Shown piece after piece: positions 1-12,244 of a stretch of 64,000 nt of DNA. Position numbers and translations under genes: made by a program. The DNA is taken from the NCBI RefSeq assembly GCF_963921235.1, contig NC_086097.1, forward strand, positions 92,878,001 through 92,942,000, in the 5' to 3' direction. Position 1 is the stretch's first letter. Each line of letters opens with the position of its first letter. Under the pieces are notes generated by a model. It saw only the letters and a program-made list of their open reading frames with translations, ran no database searches and had not been told where the DNA came from. The DNA is from Mobula hypostoma (lineage: Eukaryota).

Positions 1-1427
1 TGAGCCTGAGGCTCTGGAGGGTTCCTGTACTGTGGAAGACGTCCTGCCTCGTCCCTGTGCTGAAGACGCCGCGCCCCAGCGGCCTCAATGACTACAGACC
101 GGTGGCATTGACCTCCCACATCATGAAGACCCTGGAGAGACTTGTTCTGGAGCTGCTTCGGCCTATGGTCAGGCCACACTTAGATCCCTTCCATTTCGCC
201 TACCAGCCCCGACTAGGAGTTGAGGAAGCCATTGTCTACCTGCTGAACCGTGTCTACGCCCACCTGGATAAGCCAGCGAACACTGTGAGGGTCATGTTTT
301 TTGACTTCTCCAGTGCGTTCAACACCATCCGCCCTGCTCTGCTGGGGGAGAAGCTGACAGCGATGCAGGTGGATGCTTTCCTAGTGTCATGGATTCTTGA
401 TTACCTGACTGGCAGACCACAGTACGTGTGCTTGCAACACTGTGTGTCCGACAGAGTGATCAGCAGCACTGGGGCTCCACAAGGGACTGTCCTGTCTCCC
501 TTTCTCTTCACCATTTACACCTCGGACTTCAACTACTGCACAGAGTCTTGTCATCTTCAGAAGTTTTTGGATGACTCTGCCATAGTTGGATGCATCAGCA
601 AGGGAGATGAGGCTGAGTACAGGGCTACGGTAGGAAACTTTGTCACATGGTGTGAGCAGAATTATCTGCAGCTTAATGTGAAAAAGACTAAGGAGCTGGT
701 GGTAGACCTGAGGAGAGCTAAGGTACCGGTGACCCCTGTTTCCATCCAGGGGTCAGTGTGAACATAATGGAGGATTACAAATACCTGGGGATACGAATTG
801 ACAATAAACTGGACTGGTCAAAGAACACTGAGGCTGTCTACAAGAAGGGTCAGAGCCGTCTCTATTTCCTGAGGAGATTGAGGTCCTTTAACATCTGCCG
901 GACGATGCTGAGGATGTTCTACGAGTCTGTGGTGGCCAGTGCTATCATGTTTGCTGTTGTGTGCTGGGGCAGCAGGCTGAGGGTAGCAGACACCAACAGA
1001 ATCAACAAACTCATTTGTAAGGCCAGTGATGTTGTGGGGATGGAACTGGACTCTCTCACGGTGGTGTCTGAAAAGAGGATGCTGTCTAAGTTGCATGCCA
1101 TCTTGGACAATGTCTCCCATCCACTACGTAATGTACTGGGTGGGCACAGGAGTACATTCAGCCAGAGACTCATTCCACCGAGATGCAGCACAGAGCGTCA
1201 TAGGAAGTCATTCCTGCCTGTGGCCATCAAACTTTACAACTCCTCCCTTGGAGGGTCAGACACCCTGAGCCAATAGGCTGGTCCTGGACTTATTTCCTGG
1301 CATAATTTACATATTACTATTTAACTATTTATGGTTCTATTATTATTTATTACTTATGGTGCAACTGTAACAAAAACCAATTTCCCCCGGGATCAATAAA
1401 GTATGATGATGACTATGCATGACTATA
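1..1427 (+). mobile_element. Rex1/Babar non-LTR retrotransposon, 3' half (RT, C-terminus, 3' UTR); frame broken near 760
   Basis: ORFs 57..761 and 758..1276 give DYRPVALTS, FFDFSSAFNTI, GAPQGTVLSPFLF, KFLDD (RT catalytic region), KTKELVVD, RLYFLRRLRSF, SFLPVAIKLYN; AATAAA and a short GACTAT/GAT repeat tail at ~1396-1427. Confidence 0.92.
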
Positions 1428-1429
1428 AA

Positions 1430-1637
1430 TCACAAGTCCTGTTTATGTGAACGCTGACACCAGGCAGACAATCTCTGAAGAGTATCGATAATGATTGGGG
1501 TCACCCGTCTTGTAAAGTCACTGCCCAGAAGAAAGCAATGGCAAACCACTTTGGTAGAAAAATTTGCCAGGAACAATCATGGTCAAAGGCCAAGATCAGC
1601 CATATCGTACAACATGGCACACAATGATGATGATGAG
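1430..1637 (+). mobile_element. Short non-autonomous RTE-derived (bipartite) retroposon
   Basis: GCCCAGAAGAAAGCAATGGCAAACCAC (1523-1549) and CATGGTCAAA resemble the 5' region of the RTE at 37805-37885 (-); CATGGCAC..TGATGATGATGA resembles its 3' tail at 34501-34521 (-). Confidence 0.65.
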
Positions 1638-2017
1638 CCTTTCATTAAGGGTACACTGGGTCCCAAACACAAGCAGGAGGTGGTGGAGGGAAATCAGAGG
1701 CAAGGCTATCTTGCAATAGGAGGCCAAAGAAGGACTGTAACCACTTGAGCCAGCCATCAGTTCACCCAGGAATGACACCCAAACAGTCTCTTCATGGGCA
1801 ATGTGCCCAAGGCCCAACTGAAGGCAGTGGTGACAGAAATCTGCTACTTTTAGCAGGCAGTGGGTATTTGAACATTCATTCAGAACAAACAGCAGGGGCC
1901 CTTGTTCAATGTTATTTTATGTTTTCATGGGCAAAGGGTCTAGATCTTACAATGGCTCCTATAGACATCACTTCCGAAATAAGTGACCTGAGGTTTAAAT
2001 CATTGTTTGCTCTGTAG

Positions 2018-2179
2018 GATGAACCTTGGGATACTTTATCAGGATTGACCCAATACATTACATACGAGTTGGATATGGCTAATGGAGGCCCAGATGCAGA
2101 CTTTATTCCTGATTTATTAAGTGACACACTATTAGATATTAACAGAGGACACGTGAACATATTGTACATCCAGCAAATG
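2018..2179 (+). CDS. Candidate coding exon in unique DNA (DEPWDTLSGL...NILYIQQM), unidentified
   Basis: TTTGCTCTGTAG acceptor, 54 open codons in phase 0; donor weak (GTTATG); no homology recognised. Confidence 0.22.
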
Positions 2180-2517
2180 GTTATGAATTTGTGAGACAAA
2201 AATAAGGGAGAATCTTTTGATCAGATAAGCCATTTTGCTTCATTGGTTAATTAATGACAGTAGATGTTCCTTAAGTAACTACCAAAGCACAAATCTCATG
2301 TACTCAGTGTAGTATGCAGATTTTCTCTACGAAGTTTAGTGCAGGCAATTAAAACAAATTTACCTAATAATTAGTCAGCAGTTTCTACTGGACAACACTG
2401 CTATTCAGAGTATAAATGCTGTGGGTTAAGATGAAGGCACTGGAATCAGTATGGAAATTGTAGAACTTTGTGGCCATAATGTAACGGTTTATTGCTTGCA
2501 ATGTTTCTTACTTCTAG

Positions 2518-2673
2518 ATTGATCCTTCCTTTTACTCAAACCCTGGTTTGGTTCTAAATTTTGTGAAGAGATCTCATTCTGTTCCAGTAGATTTCTCAGT
2601 GCCCATGTTCTCATCAGATCATCTCATAAAGTTTCCAACAGTGGCTGTCGTTCTCATGGAGATGTTGCCATTT
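2518..2673 (+). CDS. Candidate coding exon in unique DNA (IDPSFYSNPG...VLMEMLPF), unidentified
   Basis: TTTCTTACTTCTAG acceptor, 52 open codons in phase 0, GTAAAT donor; phase-compatible with 2018..2179. Confidence 0.22.
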
Positions 2674-3119
2674 GTAAATAAGCCTATTTGACTTATTTTG
2701 CTTTGTTTCTTTTTTCAGCATTTACTCTCTGTCTCATCAGTAAGCACTTCCAAAAGAAGCTGGCTCATTCTTCAATGAATAATTAAATCTGGATCTTGGT
2801 AACTGGACTTTGTCCCCTTGCTTTCAGATTTGCCTCCTCATTGTGCCCCATTTACAGAACTTGTTTCACACAAACTGCAACCATGGGTCTGATAATTAAT
2901 GTTGTAGCCCAGCGCCAGTTCAGTGAGTGGGCTGCGAAATGAATATCTGGACAAAAGAAAACCTTTGCTCAAACGGATTGCAGTTCACAGAAGTCCAGAG
3001 CTTTGCCTGTTTCTTTCAATCCAAGTTCATTTTCTGATCAAAAGGACTCAACATCCCAGCACTCAAATGAGTCCTTAAGTACCACTGCCAGCTTCTATCT
3101 CCAACATTAATGTTCGGGT

Positions 3120-5103
3120 CTTCTGCCCCGAGGCTGCAGCAACCAACAACACACGCAGCTTATGGCAAGGTCTGCACACCATCGCAGACTTCAAAGATAA
3201 AAATAATGGTGCTGCCAACATCGCTGGCTCTCTCCCAGATGAGCTAAATCTTTTTCACGCTCGGTTCGATGTCGCCAACACTGAGCCCCCGAGAAAGCCG
3301 CTGAAGCGACCTGCACCCTGGTCATCTCTGAGGCTGAAGTATGCAGGTGTTTCCAATGAGAGGACAGTCGCAAGGCTGCAGGACCGGACGGCATCCCAGG
3401 GTGGGTACTCCAGATGTGGGTCCCACAACTGGATATTTTTAATCCCTCCCTCTCCCTCCTGCTTCAAAACATTCACCATTGAAAGACCCAGGTAATATGT
3501 CTAAACGACTGGCGTCCTGTTGCACTCACCTCAATAATAAGCAAATGCTTTGAGAGGCTGGTCTAGGACTACTCCTGCAGTTTGCTACCACCCACACCGG
3601 ACCCCCTACTATTCACCTACCGACACAACCGGTCGACAGATGACGCAATAGCCACAGCTCTACACATCGTCCTTACACATCTGAAGAAGAAGGATACATA
3701 TGTGAGAATGCTGTTCTTGGACTACAGTTCAGCATTCAACACCATAATTCCCTCCAGGTTTGACAAGAAGCTCAGAGACCTTGGCCTTCACCTGCCTTGT
3801 GCAACTGGATCCTGGACTTTCTGTCAGATTGCCGGCAGGTGGTAAGAGTGGGCTCCCTCACCTCTGCCCCTCTGACCCTCAACACAGGAGCCCCTCAGAG
3901 CTGTGTACTAAGCCCCCTCCTTTACTCTCTGTATACCCATGATTGTGTGGTCACCCACAGCTCCAATCTACTAATTAAATTGCTGACGATACTACATTGA
4001 TTGGCCTTATCTCAAATAAAAATGAGGTGGCCTACAGAGAGGAAGTCATCACCCTGACATGTTGGTGTCAAGAGAACAACCCCTCCCTCAACATCGCAAA
4101 ATCAAAGGAGCTGGTTGTGGACTACAGGAGGAATGGAGACAGGCTCACCCCTATTGACATCAATGGATCTGGGGTTGAGAAGGTAAACAGCTTTTAAGTT
4201 CCTTGGCATAATCGTCACCTAGGATCTCACGTGGTCTGTACATACTGACATACTGCCCATGTGGTAAAAATAGCACAACAGCACCTCTTTCACCTCAGAC
4301 GGCTGAAGAAGTTTGGCATGAGTCCCCAAATCCAAAGGACTTTCTACAGGGGCACAATTGAGAGCATCCTGACTGGCTGTTTCCCTATCTGGTACGGGAA
4401 CTGTACTTCCCTCAATCACAGGCCTCTGCAGAGAGTGGTGCGGACAGCCCACTGTATCTGTAGATGTGAACTTCCCTGTATTCAGGACATTTACAAGGAC
4501 AGGTATGTAAAAAGGGCCCAAAGCATCATTGGGGGCCCTGAGTCACCCCAATCACAAACTGTTCCAGCTGCTACCATCCGGGAAACAGTAACACAGCATA
4601 AAAGCCAGGACCAACAGGCTCCGGGACGACTTATTCCACCAGGCCATGAAACTGATTAATACAGGCTAATACAATTGTATTTCTATGTTATATTGACTGT
4701 CCTGCTGTACATACTATTTGTTGCAAATTACTATAAATTGCACTTTGCACGTGTTGGTGCGTGGCCAAGTGGTTAAGGCATTTGTCTAGTGATCTGAAGG
4801 TCGCTAGTTTGACACTTAACCACACATTGCTCTGCGACAACACCAGTGCCAAGCTGTATGGGTCCTAATGTCCTTCCCTTGGACAACATCGGTGGCGTGG
4901 AGAGGGGAGACTTGCAGCATGGGCAACTGCCGGTCTTCCATATAACCTTGCCCAGGCCTGTGCCCTGGAAACCTTCCAAGGCACAAATCCATGGTCTCAT
5001 GAGACTAATGGATGCCTATACATTTAGACAGAGATGTAATGTAATGATTTTTACTCCTCATGTATATGAAGGATGTAAGAAATAAAGTCAGTTCAATTCA
5101 ATT
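3120..5103 (+). mobile_element. Decayed Rex1/Babar LINE (RT to 3' tail), interrupted by a SINE
   Basis: Fragments [63 protein letters not shown] and TTCAA repeat tail at ~5081-5103. Confidence 0.88.
4752..5020 (+). mobile_element. tRNA-derived SINE
   Basis: Pol III A-box-like GTGGCCAAGTGGTTAAGG head shared with the copy at 17651; inserted in a Rex1 3' UTR. Confidence 0.75.
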
Positions 5104-5544
5104 ATTATGATGAACTGCTCCAAGATAAAGTTCAGTTCAAGAACAGAATCAACCCTACTTTCCCATTCTGGATCCTGTCAATCAATGAGTGATTCTACTT
5201 CCTGACTTTCTGATCCACATTCCTTTATACCCCTTCGTTTAACACCAGAGCTACCCTAGCCACATTTCCAATTTCCCTGTCTCTTCTAAGAGCATCATGG
5301 AATTTTCACAACTTTGGTCATGTTACAAACATTCCTTCATGTACTGATTATTAAATCATCCCTACTTATGTGTCATTAATTTAAACACATTATTATGAAT
5401 GTTGTGTGCAAGCTATAAAGAGCCTTCGATTCAGTCTTTATACCATGTTGTCTTCTGAATGTACAGCACTTGTAGGCATACTCTTGTAGGCACATACACT
5501 GTCCCATTTGTTTTAATCTTTTCCGTTTTGCTAACACATCATAT

Positions 5545-7200
5545 AAAGTAGAATAATACAGCACCAAAACAGGCCATTTGGCGCACAGTGTGCTGACCAT
5601 GATTTCAATGTAAACCAATCCCATCTGCCTGCTTATTATCTGTGGCTCTCCACCCCTGTCTGTTCCTGTCTGTTGTATCTGCTTCCACCACCTGCCCTAG
5701 CAACACAGAATCCCGTGACTCTCAGTGAACAAAACTTGTGTCATAAATCTCCTTTCAACTTTCCTCTCTCACCTTACTGTAAACCTATGCTTTCTGGTAC
5801 TAGACATTTCCACCCTGGGAAAAAGACTATCTACCTTATCTATGTTCGTTATTCCATTGTGTCAGCCCTGATCCCCCAATGCTGTAGAGAAAACAATCCA
5901 GGTTTGTACAACCACTCCTTATGGCTAACAATCTCAAATCCATGCCATATCCTGGTGACCGCTAAAGCTGAACCTGTAAACAATTAAAGTCGCACACAAT
6001 ACTCCAAATGTGATCTAACAAAGCTACTTACAGATGTAACATAACTTTCCAGCTTTTATACTTGACCTACAAAGGCAAGTGTGCTGTAAGCCTTCTTTAC
6101 CTCCCCATCTGCTTATGCTGCCAAGATTGCTCTCTATATCTATTCATTACTTACTGAGATTTAGCACAGAGTAGGTTCTTCCGGCCATTCGAGCCACGCC
6201 CAGTCTCCATGGATCTCATGCGCCTATCATAGGGACCTTTCTCAATGTTATGTCGATAACATCCATTGCCCTACCCTCATCCTAGTCACCTCTTTGAAAA
6301 ACTGAATCAAGTTTATAAGACATGAATTCACCCACACATTACAGCCATAATGACTATCCAATCTATGCTTTTCCAACTGTCAGTAAATCCCAAGAAGCTT
6401 CTCAGATGATTTCCTTACAACTGAGGTGAGACTCTCCAGCCTATAATTTCCTGATTTGTTTCTATTGCCAGTCTTAAACAAAGGAAGAGCACTGGCTATT
6501 CTCCAGTTCTCTGAGATCCCAACTGCAGCTAAAGAAAATTCACAGATCTTCAACAAGTCCCCAGTGATTCTCTCAATAACCTAGTATTGATCCTATCATA
6601 CCCTCAGGCTTATCCATCTTAATGTTCTTCAAAAGACCCAACACTTCCTCCTTCTTGATATCAACATATCAACAATATGATCTCACTATGCTCCATGTCC
6701 TTTCTCCTTGGTGAATACTCTTGCAAAGTCTCATTTAATACCTCACCCACTTGCCTTGACTCCAGGCACAAATTTCACTCTTTAACCTTGAGTGGTCCTG
6801 CCTGACTAACTACCCTGTTGTTTTGAATGTATGGATAAAATGTCTCTGATTTCTTTGTAATTCCTCTCACCATTCTAGTGACCCTTTTCGGCCATGGTTC
6901 CCTGTTTAAGTTCTGTCCTGCTTCCCTTATGTTCCTTCTAGGCCCTGTCCAATTTCGGCTTCCTAAACTCCCTTTTTATTTTTGCAACTCTCATCATCAA
7001 GATGCCTGAACCTTGCCATCCTTGTCTTCCTTCCTCACAAGAATTTGTTGGTCCTGAATTCTGTCAGGCTGACCTTTAAATGACTCCTACATGTCGGACG
7101 TACACAGTAACAGCTGCTCCCAATCTACTCTATGTTGGTCCTGACTAATATTGCTATAATATCCTTCTCCTTTGTTACTAACTTGCTAAATTTCTCCTTG
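5545..7200 (-). mobile_element. Old, heavily decayed CR1-type LINE
   Basis: CR1-like 3' end (ACAGGCCATTTGGC..) and patches similar to younger CR1 copies in the window (CCCTGGGAAAAAG, ACACAATACTCCAAATGTG, CTATAATTTCCTG); no long ORF. Confidence 0.6.
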
Positions 7201-7326
7201 CCTGAACAAAGCAATCTATATTTAGTTTCAAACAACAGGAATTCTGCAGATGCTGGAAATTCAAGCAACACACATCAAAGTTGCTGGTGAACGCAGCAGG
7301 CCAGGCAGCATCTCTAGGAAGAGGTG

Positions 7327-7368
7327 CAGTCGACGTTTCAGGCCGAGACCCTTCATCAGGACTAACTG
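7327..7368 (-). ncRNA. Minimal type I hammerhead ribozyme in the inverted pLTR
   Basis: Minus strand CAGTTAGTC-CTGATGA-AGGGTCTCGGCCT-GAAA-CGTC-GACTG: intact core, stem I AGTC/GACT, stem II AGG/CCT, palindromic ACGT helix III, GUC cleavage triplet. Confidence 0.85.
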
Positions 7369-10155
7369 AAGGAAGAGTGAGTAAGGGATTTGAAAGTTGG
7401 CAGGGGATGGGGGAGATCCAAAATGATAGGAGAAGACAGGAGGGGGAGGGATAGAGCCAAGAGCTGGACAGGGTCTTTATGTGCTGCTGTTGTGACTCCC
7501 GTCTCCCCTTCCCCCACCACCACTCTGCAACCCCGTCTCCCTCAGATCCCATCGTCAGCTCCTGGGCCCTCAGAGGCTCCATCTTCCTCTCACCCCAACC
7601 CTCCCATCTCCATTGACACCACCAGCCTCCCCCCTCCCACCTCTGATCCCAGCTCTCATCCATGCCAGGTCTTTAACATCCCTTCCGACCTTCAACTGTC
7701 GGAGGCAGAACGCTCTGTCCTCAGTAAGGGATAAGCTTTGTCCTTTGTCCCCCTTCGCCCACACCTCAGCGAGTTCCGCATTCGCCATGATGTGGAACTC
7801 TTCTTCTGCCGTCTCCGTCTCCAAGCCTACTTCTTCGGCAAGGACTCTTCCACCCCCACCGATGACCCCCTCTCCCGTCTTCAACCCTCCTCTTCTTCAT
7901 GGACACCCCGCTCTGGTCTTCTGCCTGCTCTGGATCTCTTTATCGCTAATTGCCGACGGGACATCAACCATCTCGACTTCACTGCACCTTGACCCCATTC
8001 CAACCTCACTCCTTCGGAACACTCTGCTCTCCACTCCCTCCGCACTAATCCTAACCTTATTATTAAACCTGCCGATAAGGGGGGTGCTGTTGTAGTCTGG
8101 CGTACTGACCTCTACCTTGCCGAGGCACAGCGACAACTCGCAGATACCTCCTCTTATTTACCCCTCGATCGTGACCCCACTAAGGAGCACCAGGCCATTG
8201 TCTCCCACACCATCACCGACTTTATCCGCTCAGGGGATCTCCCATCCACTGCTACCAACCTTATAGTTCCCACACCCCGCACTTCCCGTTTCTACTTCCT
8301 ACCCAAGATCCACAAACCTGCCTGTCCTGGCAGACCTATTGTCTCAGCTTGCTCCTGCCCCACCGAACTCGTTTCTGCATACCTCGACACTGTTTTATCA
8401 CCCCTTGTTCAATCCCTTCCGACCTATGTTCGTGACACTTCTCACGCTCTTAAACTTTTCGATGATTTTAAGTTCCCTGGCCCCCACCGCTTTATTTTCA
8501 CCATGGATGTCCAGTCCTTATATACTTCCATCCCCCATCAGGAAGGTCTCAAAGCTCTACACTTCTTTTTGGATTCCAGACCTAATCAGTTCCCCTCTAC
8601 CATCACTCTGCTCCGTCTAGCGGAATTAGTCCTTACTCTTAATAATTTCTCCTTTTGCTCCTCCCACTTCCTCCAAACTAAAGGTGTAGCTATGGGCACC
8701 CGTATGGGTCCTAGCTATGCCTGCCTTTTTGTTGGGTTTGTGGAACAATCTATGTTCCGTGCCTATTCTGGTATCTGTCCCCCACTTTTCCTTCGCTACA
8801 TCGATGACTGCATTGGCGCTGCTTCCTGCACGCATGCAGAGCTCGTTGACTTTATTAACTTTGCCTCCAACTTTCACCCTGCCCTCAAGTTTACCTGGTC
8901 CATTTCCGACACTTCCCTCCCCTTTCTAGATCTTTCTGTCTCTGTCTCTGGAGACAGCTTATCCACTGATGTCTACTATAAGCCTACTGACTCTCACAGC
9001 TATCTGGACTATTCCTCTTCTCACCCTGTCTCTTGCAAAAACGCCATCCCCTTCTCACAATTCCTCCGTCTCCGCCGCATCTGCTCTCAGGATGAGGCTT
9101 TTCATTCTGGGACGAGGGAGATGTCTTCCTCTTTTAAAGAAAGGGGCTTCCCTTCCTCCACTATCAACTCTGCTCTTAGACGCATCTCCCCCATTTCACG
9201 TACATCTGCTCTCACTCCATCCTCCCGCCACCCCACTAGGAATAGGGTTCCCCTGGTCCTCACCTACCACCCCACCAGCCTCCGGGTCCAACATATTATT
9301 CTCCGTAACTTCCACCACCTCCAACGGGATCCCACCACTAAGCACATCTTTCCCTCCCCCCCTCTCTCTGCATTCCGCAGGGATCGCTCCCTACGCAACT
9401 CCCTTGTCCATTCGTCCCCCCAACCCTCCCCACTGATTTCCCTCCTGGCACTTATCCGTGTAAGCGGAACAAGTGCTACACATGCCCTTACACTTCCTCC
9501 CTTACCACCATTCAGGGCCCCAAACAGTCCTTCCAGGTGAGGCAACACTTCACCTGTGAGTCGGCTGGGGTGATACGGTTCTCCCGATGTGGCCTTTTAT
9601 ATATTGGCGAGACCCAACGCAGACTGGGAGACCGCTTTGCTGAACATCTACGCTCTGTCCACCAGAGAAAGCAGGATCTCCCAGTGGCCACACATTTTAA
9701 TTCCACATCCCATTCCCATTCTGATATGTCTATCCATGGCCTCCTCTACTGTAAAGATGAAGCCATGAAGCCACACTCAGGTTGGAGGAACAACACCTTA
9801 TATTCCGTCTGGGTAGCCTCCAACCTGATGGCATGAACATCGACTTCTCTAACTTCCGCTAAGGCCCCACCTCCCCCTCGTACCCCATCTGTTACTTATT
9901 TTTATGCACACATTCTTTCTCTCACTCTCCTTTTTCTCCCTCTGTCCCTCTGAATATACCTCTTGCCCATCCTCTGGGTCCCCCCCCCCTCCTTGTCTTT
10001 CTTCCCGGACCTCCTGTCCCATGATCCTCTCGTATCCCCTTTTGCCTATCACCTGTCCAGCTCTTGGCTCCATCCCTCCCCCCTCCTGTCTTCTCCTATC
10101 ATTTTGGATCTCTCCCTCCCCCTCCAACTTTCAAATCCCTTACTCACTCTTCCTT

Positions 10156-10197
10156 CAGTTAGTCCTGATGAAGGGTCTCAGCCTGAAACGTCGACTG
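10156..10197 (+). ncRNA. Minimal type I hammerhead ribozyme in the direct pLTR
   Basis: CAGTTAGTC-CTGATGA-AGGGTCTCAGCCT-GAAA-CGTC-GACTG. Confidence 0.85.
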
Positions 10198-11049
10198 TAC
10201 CTCTTCCTAGAGATGCTGGCTGGCCTGCTGCGTTCACCAGCAACTTTGATGTGTGTTGCTATATTTAGTTTGAAGCCATATTTATGTCCTTCTTATTTGA
10301 TCTCCTGCCTATTTTCAGTCAAGTCCACAACAGATCACAGGGCTGATTCCAATGTTCCATGAATTGAAAGCCATTTTTTTCTCAATGGGATCTGTGTCAC
10401 ACATTCAACACTCTGATCTTATTGGTACTATGCTAATCATTTGAATCAGGTAGTAAGTTCAGACTTTATTATCTTTGTGATTCTATTTTTTAATTTGGAC
10501 ACCATCTTCTTATATCCCTTCAGCAGAGCCGTCTTCTTCATCCAACCATGGTCACTGGCTCCCATAAGGACCACAAAATCGGGATTGTTTTCCTTCCACT
10601 CCAAACTCCTCACTGCTCCTGAGGAGCAATCTTCAACCCAGGCAGCACAACTCTCGGCGGGGGGGGGGGGTACCCACTGACAGGCATCTACACCTGTATC
10701 AACAAATATTTACACCCCCCCCGAACTATACTATACCCTATCACCATTATGTTCCCTCTCACTCCCTCCCATGAATGCCTCCCACCCTCTGAACATGGTT
10801 GTGCAGTCAGCTTGCCGATCCTCCCAGGAGTCTGTTTTACCCACACAGGCTGCAAAGGACCTTGACATCTCGCTGAGCAAGTCCATGGGCTAAGGCTGCT
10901 TCAATACTTCCTCTTGAACTCTCACTGGCTGGAATGAGTAGCAAAGAGCCCATTACGGGATCAATTAAACCAGTCGAGTAATAAATTCACCCGTATTCTA
11001 TTTTCTTCCTATGTTATCAGACGCATGCAGGGCTTTTAATGTTGTAGGA

Positions 11050-11990
11050 TGCATAGTACATCCCTAAGCAGATGGGAAATCCAGGATGCTTCCCGTATCC
11101 TGGATAATAAAACATGCAGGAAGTAACAAAGCTTCAGAATCTGGAAGCTTTGACCTCAGAGCTGAAGGGCATGCAGATAGAGAGGGAATGGGTGAGCACC
11201 GGACGGACTCGCCAGCAGAGAGGCATGCAGGTAAAACAGGAGGGAGCCCTTGCTCTTGTTATTAGGGAAACCACATGGCTTCTTTTTGACTATTTATATC
11301 AGCCCACTGCTGGAACTGAAATTGAAGCACAGGCTTGCAAGAGAGGACAGACGACATCAGACATGGAGAATAGCAGCTTGCATCTTTATCAGACATGGGG
11401 AAGCATGCAAATACAGGGAAGTACTCTGAAAATGCTGTAAAAATCCATATAACTGATTGCTGCAATCGAGCAGCATACTTACCCCACGGATGATTGCAGG
11501 AATGACGGCCGCAGTGAAGTTAATAGTGCACTGCAATAAATGGCCGGAGTAATCCACAAGTATGATACAGCAGCCATTGCTAAAGGAAGGGCAGGAGCAG
11601 CTTTTAGATATGAGAGTTGAGCGGGGTGAAATAGGAGGAGGTGTAGCTATAACAGTCAAGGAAACAAATGCAGCAAAGAAGCAGGTTAGCATTGTGCAAA
11701 GGCCAACAAGTGATGTGTGTGGGTTGAATGGAGGAATAAAGAATGGACAAGCATGCAGATGGGAGTCTAGTAAAGGCCCCATGACATCAGAGGAAGGCAG
11801 AAGAGCCGTTACACATGCAAATTTCTGAGAAATGCGAAAATAGCTGGCACAGTAGCAGGGGATTTCAGCTTCCCTAGTGCAACTGGGACAGAAAATGCAG
11901 TACTGTGACAAGAGACCTAGGTGAGGATGGTTAGGACCAAAGTGCTGGAGTATCCGAGAATGGATTCGGGACATGAATGGAGACTAAATG
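11050..11990 (+). mobile_element. Very decayed CR1-like 5' fragments (ORF1 and endonuclease)
   Basis: Residual ACATGCAGGAAG..CTTCAG (zinc-finger-like) and GGAGGAGGTGTAGCTATAACAGTCAAGG (GGGVA motif of the AP endonuclease). Confidence 0.4.
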
Positions 11991-12244
11991 AAGACAGGGT
12001 TCAAAACCAGATGCTAGATGAGAACTCAAAGTAGAGCTGACAAATGAGCCCGGACCTCAGGTTAGGCACTCTGAAACACTGAAACCCTGGCGCCAAAACA
12101 TGGCCGCCAATTAGCGGAGCGGACCTGAATCTTCAAAGGTGCCGCACCAACTATCGATATTCTGGGGAATCGGAGCATCGAAACACCAGCAGGCGGTGCA
12201 GTTGGGTGCGTATTGTAACAAGTACAGAGCATAGGGGAAAAATT

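Larger units (their letters stand above)
7229..10258 (+). mobile_element. Penelope-like element (Neptune type): RT + GIY-YIG endonuclease, inverted 5' pLTR, 13-bp TSD; inactivated
   Basis: MDVQSLYTSI, QTKGVAMGTRMGPSYA, LRYIDD, LPFLDL; Cys-rich linker; LLYIGETQRRLGDRFAEH; 7229-7472 is the reverse complement of the 3' end; TSD CTATATTTAGTTT at 7216-7228 and 10259-10271; stop at ~7990 and frameshifts. Confidence 0.95.

Noticed and set aside
4752..4815. tRNA gene (also at 17651 and ~35300)
   Set aside because: Only A-box and degenerate B-box heads fused to SINE bodies; no full cloverleaf
11357..11974. 205-aa minus-strand ORF
   Set aside because: Antisense to decayed CR1-like sequence; no domain recognised
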